20,000 nt of DNA from Chiloscyllium plagiosum. Taxonomy: Eukaryota. The notes beneath the pieces were generated by a model. The model searched no databases, was not told the origin of the DNA, and saw only the letters and a program-made list of their open reading frames with translations. Shown one piece after another: positions 11,064 through 20,000 of the stretch (position 1 is its first letter; each line of letters begins with the position of its first letter). Position numbers and translations under genes: made by a program. Location of the stretch: NCBI RefSeq assembly GCF_004010195.1, contig NC_057718.1, positions 86,718,186 through 86,738,185 on the forward strand, written 5' to 3'.

Positions 11064-11388
11064 ATAAAATCACTACAGTGCGGAAGCAGTTCATTCAGCC
11101 CATTAACTCCAAACCGACCCTCTGAACAGCATCTCATCCAGACTCACCCCAATAGTTGTAATCATGCATTTCCCATGGTTAACACACCTAACCTGCAAAT
11201 CCCTGGATAATTTAGCATGGCCAATCCACTGAACCTATAGGAGCTATAGGAGAAAATCAGAGGAAACCCATGCAGACAAGGGGACAATATGAAAATTCTA
11301 CACAGGTGGTCACCCAAGGGTGGAATTGAACCTGGGTGCCTGATGCAGTGAGACAGCAGTGCTAACCACTGAGCCACCTTGCTGCCCC
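11064..11388 (-). mobile_element. tRNA-derived V-SINE (HE1-like), near full length
   Basis: The minus strand has A box TGGCTCAGTGG, B box GGTTCAATTC, internal ggattggccatgctaaatt and a CR1-like tail. Homologous to 7744-7950. Confidence 0.88.
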
Positions 11389-11483
11389 ATTTATTACATT
11401 TCTATGAACTGTTACATGCTCAAGTCTTTAGATTTTAACCCACAACTTACTGATTCGCTCACACAAATGCCACCACAGAATCT

Positions 11484-11838
11484 GGGACTGCCATGTTTCT
11501 GGCCCAACCTAGGAGTGGCAGGCTTGGGAAGCAGGGTGAGAAAGTTTGGAGGAAGCGAGGGTGAGGATTTCCCCTGCTCCAGAGGCTCTTTCCCCTGAGG
11601 TCTGACAGTCAATAACATAGCTGAGGGCTTAATGTGGGGCAGCCTGCCTCACCAGCGCATTGTTGGTACTAGAGTGGCCCCACCCTGCCGAGGGCTGTCT
11701 TGCAAACCCAGAAGCATCCGATTCAGGGTCTGCTCGCCAGAAGATTCCTGAGACAGACTCTGCACCGACAAATGCAGGCTCAGAGCTTCCATTTCATCTC
11801 TCACCCAGACCTCAGGAACCAACGGGAAAATCCAGCCT
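11484..11838. repeat. Possible degenerate non-autonomous DNA transposon (MITE-like)
   Basis: GC-richer island ending in ggaaaatccagcc, a recalled terminal motif of shark Harbinger-like MITEs. The left terminus is not clearly preserved. Confidence 0.3.
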
Positions 11839-11883
11839 TTTACGCAGTCAGGAAAGACCTCTCAAATGGAGCAGGCTATTTTT

Positions 11884-11981
11884 CTAAGGAAGGGTCACTG
11901 GACCTGAAAGGTTAACTCTGATTTCTCTCTACAGATGCTGGCAGACCTGCTGAGCTTTTCCAGTGACTTCTGATTTTGTAA
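11884..11981 (+). mobile_element. Short hammerhead-bearing unit (copy 5, different subfamily)
   Basis: Core CTAAGGA-A-GGGTC-actg-GACCT-GAAAG-GTT at 11884-11913, then cagatgctg.cagacctgctgagcttttccag. Perfect 9-bp TSD gctattttt at 11875-11883 and 11982-11990. Confidence 0.82.
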
Positions 11982-12666
11982 GCTATTTTTGAATTTGCGT
12001 AGCCATCAGTTTAAAGGTGAAAAATTCTTCTCTTTGCTTGTCATTGCTGTTCCTTCTGCATGGCTGTACAGCCTTAACTTAATCAATGACATTTTGTGAT
12101 CCCTTGTTACTTCATCAAACAGGATTCAAATATTCAGTTTAGATCTTCATTTCAATGATTGCTGTAACATCTATTATTTGGCATTTGTGTGTTATTAAGT
12201 GACATAGATGTATGATTTCTGAGCATAATTGATTTTAAAATTATGATTCATTGGGATCTCTGTGTTAGTTCAGTCGATAACAGGATGAGGTTAAGTAGAA
12301 TTTACCAAACTCTCATGTAATTACATACAATGAAAAATTGTTGGGCTAAAGTAGACTTCTTTCATTTTGAGTTATGTAGGACTGAAGTTTGCCAGATTTC
12401 AGCTAAGTGTGCTTCTCTTCCTGAAGCCCTGTATGTTTTCTTTCACTATCTTACCAAACTCACATCATTATCTGTACATCTTTTCCTTTTGGCACCCCAC
12501 TAATCATATTCTCTGAATCACCATCCGTTCAAGGGCCCACCACTGCCAGAATAACTAGGGATCCTTGAATCCAGCACCACCTTTAAAGACCCTCCACCAA
12601 GCATTGGCAGTTGACCTTCTGGGGCCTGCACTGGAAGAGCAACTACTAACCAATGCTTCTCAGGGC

Positions 12667-13384
12667 TGTTACGACACGAGGTAAACCCTCCTGTTTAATT
12701 TAAACCAGCAACACAGAAAAGATTTATCCCATACAGTAATCTGTGAAAAATCGCAAGGCCCAAAACTACTTAAAGTAAAAATTAACAACTTTATTTCTTA
12801 AAGTATAACAGAGAATAATTAACTAACAACTACTTATAACCTCTTCCTATAACCTTTTTTTTACCTTCCCTTCTATAATACTGGTCCAATAAACCCCCGA
12901 TTAAGATTTACAAAACAAAACTTCTTATCGCAAACCCAGGCACCTTTCGGTTCTTCCCTATGTTCCTGTCTTCTTTTCTTCTTCTTGGGGATTCTGCTTC
13001 ACAGATTAGTGATCGATAAAGGTACCTTTAAATGAGCTATGTTTCAGGCAGTCTTCACATGCTAGTGGCTTGGCAGTTCTCCTCCCAACTATTCAATTAT
13101 CCCCAGTCTTACCCCCCCCCCCCCCCCCAGAGCATCAGATTGTGTCATTGGCTTTTAAGAATGTCAATATACTAAATTCAAACTGGATTGGAGTTTGGTT
13201 TTTTTTGGGGGGTATAATTTAAACAGATTGACCTAATTCGAATCTGTTTTCATCTCCAGGCAACCAGCTAATCAAGTTGTCCAACCAAATGTTACGGTAT
13301 TTTTTTCAGAACACTTGGTGCTATCAAGTAGTTCCACTAGCTTTTAGCTTTCTTAAAGGACAGTACACCCACACCTTCATAACA
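12667..13384 (-). mobile_element. 3' LTR (718 bp) of the Gypsy element
   Basis: Termini tgttacga...tcataaca (TG...CA, 7/8 inverted match). AATAAA on the minus strand at 12790-12795. Adjacent to a polypurine tract and RNase H. Confidence 0.88.
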
Positions 13385-13396
13385 CCTCACCCCTTA
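13385..13396 (-). promoter_or_regulatory. Polypurine tract of the Gypsy element
   Basis: The minus strand reads taaggggtgagg immediately before the LTR start TGTTATGA. Confidence 0.75.
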
Positions 13397-13490
13397 AGAA
13401 ATAAATGAACATCATAATGAAAAGATGGCTTCATTTTTTTCTTCTATTTTTAACACATTGCCCTAACATACAAGCAACTTTAAAATAAGT

Positions 13491-14865
13491 TCACCTTAAA
13501 TTCTTTCCATATACCAGTATATATGTAACATTAAATCTCATCGAACCTTTATCAGTTAAATCCGCGATAACGATTACATTCTTATGACACACAACATGTA
13601 TGATTTTTAAATTAAATGTCTGTAACATAAGACTCCAATGAAATAGTCTTATATTCTTGTTTTTAAAGTGTCCTAAGAACATAAGTGGATTGTGATCCAT
13701 GTACACAACCGTCTCCAACACATTGTTCATGACATACACATTAAAATGTTGTGAGGCCAGTACCAAACTCAATATTTCCTTTTCAATTGTGGAGTATTTC
13801 CTTTGGTGGATGTTGATCTTCTTCAAAAAGTAACCATCTGGCAGTTCAATCCCATCCTCATCTTCGTGTAGGAGTATAGCTCCAACTCCAATGTCACTAG
13901 CATCGATGGCGACTTTAAAAGGTTTTGAAAAGTATGGTGGAGCTAAAACTGGTTTGGTGGTTAATATTGATTTCAAATGGTCGAATGGCTCCTGGCATGG
14001 TTCTATCCACTGAAACTTTGTGTTCTTCTTCAGCAAATCAGTGCCACTACACTGCTGAAGTTTGGAACAAACGTCTAATAGAATCCGCTGAGTCCGAAGA
14101 ATCGAAGCACCTCTTTCTTCGAGGTTAGTTGAGGAAATTCCTCGATGGCCTCTGTCTTTGAGTTCCGTGAGGTCAGTCAACCTTCCCAGACCGATGTTAT
14201 GTCTCAAAACCTTCACCGCTGCTTTTGCAAATTCAGTTTTGTTTAAGTTTATTATCAGTTTTGCTTCTTGTAGTCGTTCAAAAAGCTCTGCCAACTGTAC
14301 CTTGTGATCTTTCCAGGACTTAGTAAACATCACCACATCACCCAAATAGACTGCACAGTTTATTAATGCAGCCACAGTTCTCTTCATGAGTCTTTGGAAT
14401 GTGGCTGGTGCGTTCCTCATTCCAAAGGGCAACACTTTAAACGATATAGCCCATTTGGGGTTACAAAGTCAGAAATTTCTTTCGCCGTCTCTGATAAAGG
14501 TACGCCAGTAACCACACATTAAGTTCAACTTGGTGATGTAACTGGCTTGTCCGACTTTCTTGATACAGTCCTCCAATCTAGGAATTGGATATGAGTCCAA
14601 TTTTGTAACAGCGTTGACCTTCCGATAATCCACGTAGAATCATTGAGTCCCGTCTGGTTTGGGAACTAAGACAACCGGCGAATTCTCTCGCTCTGGCGTG
14701 GTTCAATGATATCCTTGTCGAGCATGGCGTCCACCTCCTTCTGGACCCATCTGGCTTTGAAAGGATTAGGCCGATAGGGATGTTGTTTTATCGGAGCAGT
14801 TTTCCCAATGTCTACTTCACGTACAATAGCATAAGTCCACCCTGGCTGATTCTTACAAATGTCCT
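13491..14865 (-). pseudogene. pol: Gypsy reverse transcriptase / RNase H, frameshifted
   Basis: ORF 13491-14435 plus upstream fragments. YLDD is mutated to YLGD and there is an internal frameshifted stretch. Confidence 0.9.
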
Positions 14866-16741
14866 AAACCTTTCACTGTGTTCTATGCTCCTGAGGCAGA
14901 ACGCTTACTAACCTATCCCACTCCTCAAAGACTTCTTCATTTTTTAATCTATTTTGAGGCGCATCAAAATCCAGGTTATCTGGATCTGATTCCTCACTGT
15001 GCAGGGCAGTAACTAACACCTGTTTCTCCAGTTCTTTCTTTGTAGTGTAATACGGTTTCAACATGTTCACATAACATACCCAATACCGTTTTTCCTATCT
15101 GGCAGCTTTACTAAATAGTTCACCAGACTCAACTTTTTCTCAATTCGATAGGGATCACTAAACCTGGTTTGAAGGGATTCTCCAATCACTCGTAACAGTA
15201 CGAACACGTCATCTCCTCGGGAAAACATCTGAGTCTCAGAGCTTTTATCTGCCACCTGCTTCTTTAGGTGCTGTTTAGCTAACTTATGCGCTCGATTTAA
15301 ACTCTCCCTCACCTCCGATACATAATCTAATTGTGAGATCTCCGACTTTGGTCCTGTCAATTTTTCTTTCATTAATTTCAAAGGGCCTGCACTTCATGAC
15401 TGAATATTAACTCAAAGGGAGTGAACTGAGTAGATTCATTTCGGGCATCTCTAATAGCAAACAATGCAAATGGGATACCTTTATCTGAAACATTCGGGTA
15501 ATCCTGACAGTATGCTCTCGACATGGTCTTCAAGGTCTGATGTCACCTTTCTAAAGCTCCCTGGGGTTCAGGATGATATTATTGGATTTAAAGTGCTGTG
15601 TGCCTAAACTATCTATAATGTCCTTAAACAGCTTAGCAGTAAAATTTGACCCTTGGTACAAATTAATCTCTCTGGGTAGCCCATACTTGGGAATTAAGAC
15701 AACCGGCGAATTCTCTCGCTCTGGCGTGGTTCAATGATATCCTTGGCGTCCACCTCCTTCTGGACCCATCTGGCTTTGAAAGGATTAGGCCGATAGGGAT
15801 GTTGTTTTATCGGAGCAGTTTTCCCGATGTCTACTTCACGTACAATAGCATAAGTCCACCCCGGCTGATTCTTACAAATGTCCTTATACTGCAGTAACAA
15901 ACCTTTCACTGTGTTCTATGCTCCTGAGGCAGAAAGCTTACTAACCTAGCCCACTCCTCAAAGACTTCTTCATTTTTTAATCTATTTTGAGGCGCATCAA
16001 AATCCAGATTATCTGGATCTGATTCCTCACTGTGCAGGGCAGTAACTAACACCTGTTTCTCCAGTTCTTTCTCTGTAGTGTAATACGGTTTCAACATGTT
16101 CACATGACATACCCAATACCGTTTTTCCTATCTGACAGCTTTACTAAATAGTTCACCTCACTCAACTTTTTCTCAATTCGATAGGGATCACTAAACCTGG
16201 TTTGAAGGGATTCTCCAATCACTCGTAACAGTACGAACACGTCATCTCCTCGGAAAAACGTCTGAGTCTCAGAGCTTTTATCTGCCACCTGCTTCATTCT
16301 ACACTGTGCCTTCTTTAGGTGCTGTTTAGCTAACTTATGCGCTCGATTTAAACTCTCCCTCACCTCCGATACATAATCTAATTGTGAGATCTCCGACTTT
16401 GGTCCTGTCAATTTTTCTTTCATTAATTTCAAAGGGCCTGCACTTCATGACTGAATATTAACTCAAAGGGAGTGAACTGAGTAGATTCATTTCGGGCATC
16501 TCTAATAGCAAACAATGCAAATGGGATACCTTTATCTGAAACATTCGGGTAATCCTGACAGTATGCTCTCGACATGGTCTTCAAGGTCTGATGTCACCTT
16601 TCTAAAGCTCCCTGGGGTTCAGGATGATATTATTGGATTTAAAGTGCTGTGTGCCTAAACTATCTATAATGTCCTTAAACAGCTTAGCAGTAAAATTTGA
16701 CCCTTGGTACAAATTAATCTCTCTGGGTAGCCCATACTTTG
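14659..16741. repeat. Direct tandem duplication of ~1.03-1.05 kb (copy A ~14659-15686, copy B ~15687-16741)
   Basis: Duplicated ORFs (14873-15070 vs 15906-16103; 15067-15381 vs 16100-16432). Junction cccatac-tt-gggaattaagac at ~15680-15700. Confidence 0.97.
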
Positions 16742-17117
16742 TGAGGAAAGCTACCAATTTCTCTACTACCCTTTTTGCTTTGATACTCCGTAATGGAATC
16801 GCCTCTGGAAATCTGGAAGACACATCCATTATGGTTTACAAGTACTGGTTTCTACTTTTAGTTCTCGGGAGGGGACCTACACAATCAATTATAACCCACA
16901 TGAAAGGCTCTTCAAATGTGGGAATTGGCAACAAACATGTTGGCTTTTTAACCGCCTGTGGCTTACTTATCAGTTGGCATGTATGACACGTACAGCAAAA
17001 GTTAACCTCATCCTTGTGCAAGCCAGGCCAATAAAAATGTTTTTGTACCTTAGCCTGAGTCTTTTGTACCCCTTGGTGACCTGCTACAGGTAGCTCGTGT
17101 GCTACCTGTAACACCAC
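16100..17117 (-). pseudogene. pol: Gypsy integrase (HHCC, core, C-terminal), fragmented
   Basis: ORFs 16836-17117, 16602-16829 and 16100-16432. Confidence 0.9.
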
Positions 17118-18657
17118 CTGTCTCTATGCTAAGGGCAACACAATCTGATGCATCTTGGCCCATTTCTCCTCTGCACTAACCTGCTGTGGTCTCCATTGTC
17201 ACCTTAGGATTCTATCTTTCAGATAATAACCCTCTGGAATATTCTCTGTCTCCTTTTCAGCACACACATCCACATATATATCTTATATTATTTTTGTCTT
17301 GCTGTTGCAAGTCTCTGAACTTTTCAGGACTAAACACTTCTGTCTGACCCTCTGTCTGTTCAGGTTTTTTCTGTACCATTGTGTCAAACAGGATATCTGC
17401 TAACTGAACCTCAGCTCCTTGGTCTTTCTCTTTACTTTTCACTTCGTGCTGTGACTTATGATCATGGGAGCTGGTTACCACACAGTCTGGGAAAATACCC
17501 AGGATATTTCTATTTTAACTCCTCAGTTTCTTGGTCTTCCTTGGGCTTCTCCACAACAAGGGGTGTCACTCTCACCTTGGACTCTACCAAATCATTCCCA
17601 AGATCAAACTTACCGCAACTCCCTGGACTGGTTTCACTGAACCTTCAGGACAGGCCATAGGCCACTCTGGACTGTAATGACTTTGAGCATCTCAAGTGGC
17701 CAACTGACTGTTTTCAAGCTCCTGGACTGATATTAGATGATGCCCTTGCCTTACAGAGCTGGGATACCCCTAACCGAAGGGTATCTCCCTTTGCCTAACT
17801 GAATTCTACTCTCCTGAGATTTTGAGACATGGACATTTGGTTGAAGCACATTCAGGGTGTTTGCTGTATACATTTCTGGCACATGGTGCGACATAGTGCA
17901 GTACAGATTATTGTAAACAGTGCTATATAGTTTGATTCACCATAGTTAATGATGTAGCACAGTGCTGTAGAGTAACATGCTCACCCCTTTGACTGATAAC
18001 TGCTGACAAGCAAGCTGGCACAAAGTGAGTGAGCACTAAGAAAGCAAGTGAGAAAAACCCAAAGTGTTCCTTGGTCCAGCAATTTTCCAATGAAAGGTAT
18101 TTGTGCGCTCCAAAGTGCAGCATTAAAATGCAGAACCATCTTCCAAGTGGTTCGGAGATAAGTTGTGAGGTTGTGTTGAGGTTGATATATGTCCAATGCC
18201 AATGTCCGTGAACAGGGAATGCATGCCATCAATGCCCATGGAGTGTGCCCTGAGCTGTTGGTAACTGATGTCCGAGATGGCAGTCCAGAGGCGCGAATGG
18301 TGAGCTGGAACTGCCAGGTACCTGCTCTGACTATCATGTCAGGAATTCTCGGTGTCTAGTTTCTATCCAGGGGATTAGAGTGGGATACTTCCCAATTTCA
18401 CTTCCTGTGAAACATTTCCCGAGAATGGGAAACTGCATATCAATGACACAGGGTTAACTAATGATGAGATGTTAATGCATGCTAATGAACTGAAGTAGAC
18501 CTATCACTGCACGCTAGTGAGAATTCCATCTTGCCTTTCAAAATGAGACTTTTTGCTCTTGATGTCAAGAAATGCCTCACTGCTGACCTCACACGATTTC
18601 CCCAACTTTTTGCCAATTCCCATATCGTACAATGTCTGAGACGATCGTGGAATCTTA

Positions 18658-19026
18658 AGTCATAGAGTTGCAGAGTCATACAGGATAGAAACAGACCCTT
18701 CAGACCAACATGTTCATGTCTACCAAGTTTCCAAAGGAAATTAGTCCCATTTGTCTGCACTTGGCCCATATCCTTCTAAACCTTTCCTATTCATGTAGTG
18801 TTCAAATGTCTCCTAAATGTTGTAACTGTATCTGCATCTACCACATCCTCTGGCAGTTCATTCCACACACAAACTGCTCCCTGTGTGAAAAAACTGCCCC
18901 TCAGGTACCTTTTAATTTGTTATCCTCTCACCTTAAAATAATGCCTTCTAATTATGAACTCCCCCACCCTTGGGAAAAGACTTTTGCTTTTCACCTTACT
19001 ATTGCCCCTCATGATTTTATAAACCT
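18658..19026 (-). mobile_element. CR1 LINE 3'-end fragment
   Basis: Homologous to 5086-5433 and, in reverse complement, to 4310-4598. The minus strand encodes VYKIMRGN..FPRVGE..W..LPEDVVDA and ends in a ctctatgac tail. Confidence 0.9.
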
Positions 19027-19199
19027 GCGATGGGATTTTACCCTGCAACAGTAGCTCTACTGGAGAAGGGTAAGAAGATCTAAGGTGGGAATTTTATAAT
19101 TCACAAAGATTTTCGACAGTGACAAGAAAGAAATGATTTCCCCAGGTTAGGGAATTGGCAACTGTTTTGATTGACGACCCATGGTGACTGAGAGAACTA

Positions 19200-20000
19200 A
19201 ATTAACAAACACTGAAATTCACAACTAATCTTGGAGGAACTGTTGGGCGAAGTTCACAGCACAGAATCAGATAAGTTAATTGTTGTTTTAACTCTGTCCA
19301 AGAGAAAGCCTGCAGTCGTGGGTACAGTGGATTCTTTCTTGATTATTTGTTTTTGGAGATAAGTCTCTTGATTAAACTTAAAATATAAGCCATAGCTATT
19401 AATTTAACCTGGGGCAGTGTTTGAAGAGGAATAAGATGGTGTTATTTTCTGGGTCTGTAGATTGTGAAGGAGCAAAAATGGCCTTTGCAGTGATATGTAC
19501 TTCTTGTCAGATGTGGGAGTTTAAAGAGAGTTTAAGGGTTACTGCGGATTATATCTGCCACAAATGCTGTTGGATGCGAATCTTATCAAATCGAGTGGAT
19601 CAGTTGGAGAGACAGATAGAAGCGATGAGGAATTTGCAACAGCAACACTGTGTGATGGATGGCAGTTATAAGAAGGGGAGCAAATCTCGGATACAATCAC
19701 ATAGATGGGTTAACTCCAGGAAGGGTGGGAGAGGTTGGCACCTAGGGCAGGAGCCTTTTGTGGATATACCCATTTCAAACAGGTATGCTGTTTTGGAAAA
19801 TGTGATGGATTCTCAGGGGAACATAACACAGACAGCCAAGTTTCTGGTATTGAGACTGGCTCTAGTGCAACAAGGGGTACGTCGGCTTCCAAGAGATCAA
19901 TTATGTTAGGGGATTCTGTAGTCAGAGGTACAGACAGACATTTCTGTGGCCAGCAGAGAAAAAGCAGAATGGTGTGTTGTTTCCCTGGTGCCAGGATCAA
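19200..20000 (+). mobile_element. 5' region of a CR1 LINE (putative 5' UTR plus ORF1), continuing beyond the window
   Basis: ORF1 motifs from 19478. The 5' boundary is uncertain. Confidence 0.8.
19478..20000 (+). pseudogene. CR1 ORF1p: zinc finger, coiled coil and SGNH/GDSL esterase start; one frameshift near 19803
   Basis: MAFAVICTSCQMWEF...YICHKC; RVDQLERQIEAMRNL; IPISNRYAVLE; then in a shifted frame MLGDSVVRGTDRHFCG...RMVCCFPGARI. Confidence 0.88.

Larger units (their letters stand above)
13385..17609 (-). mobile_element. Gmr1-like Gypsy LTR retrotransposon internal region (protease end, integrase, RT, RNase H), degenerate and 5'-truncated
   Basis: Minus-strand order: ILGNDL (~17600), FPDCVVT, AHELPVAGHQG..HFYWPGL..C..C, IIDCVGPLP, SRFPEAIPL, GDDVFVLL..PYRI, PIKQHPYR, PFGMRNAPATFQR, VYLGDVV, AIDASDIGVGAIL, YSTIEKE, DHNPL. 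Confidence 0.95.

Noticed and set aside
13491..14435. 314-aa ORF as a functional or domesticated RT
   Set aside because: The catalytic YLDD is mutated to YLGD, there is an internal out-of-frame segment, and the N-terminus is broken.
17923..18337. ORFs 17981-18337, 18029-18211 and 17923-18123
   Set aside because: No recognisable motifs; consistent with chance ORFs.
19030..19160. Possible very old plus-strand CR1 fragment
   Set aside because: Similarity is too weak to support by eye.
1..20000. CRISPR array or prokaryotic defence system
   Set aside because: No regularly spaced repeats or operon-like intact ORFs; the content is eukaryotic transposon debris.

Overview
This is a repeat-saturated vertebrate genomic window with no supportable host protein-coding exon. 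The repeat complement (tRNA-derived V-SINE/HE1-like SINEs, CR1 LINEs, Penelope-like elements) suggests a cartilaginous fish, probably a shark; this is inference. From left to right it holds a decayed Gypsy integrase, a long 5'-truncated CR1, a Penelope-like GIY-YIG element with nested inserts, several SINE and LINE fragments, a Gmr1-like Gypsy element (integrase before RT, one LTR, an internal ~1.03-1.05 kb tandem duplication) and the 5' end of another CR1 with a zinc-finger/esterase ORF1. The most notable signal is five minimal hammerhead-ribozyme motifs with covarying helix II. One lies in the Penelope 3' terminus, and four are stand-alone ~100-130 bp units, each flanked by its own target-site duplication (TSD). 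A Myb/SANT-like (Harbinger-type) relic on the minus strand appears to be the substrate into which most elements between 1.2 and 7.5 kb inserted. All coding regions are degenerate, and element boundaries are approximate unless stated as exact.
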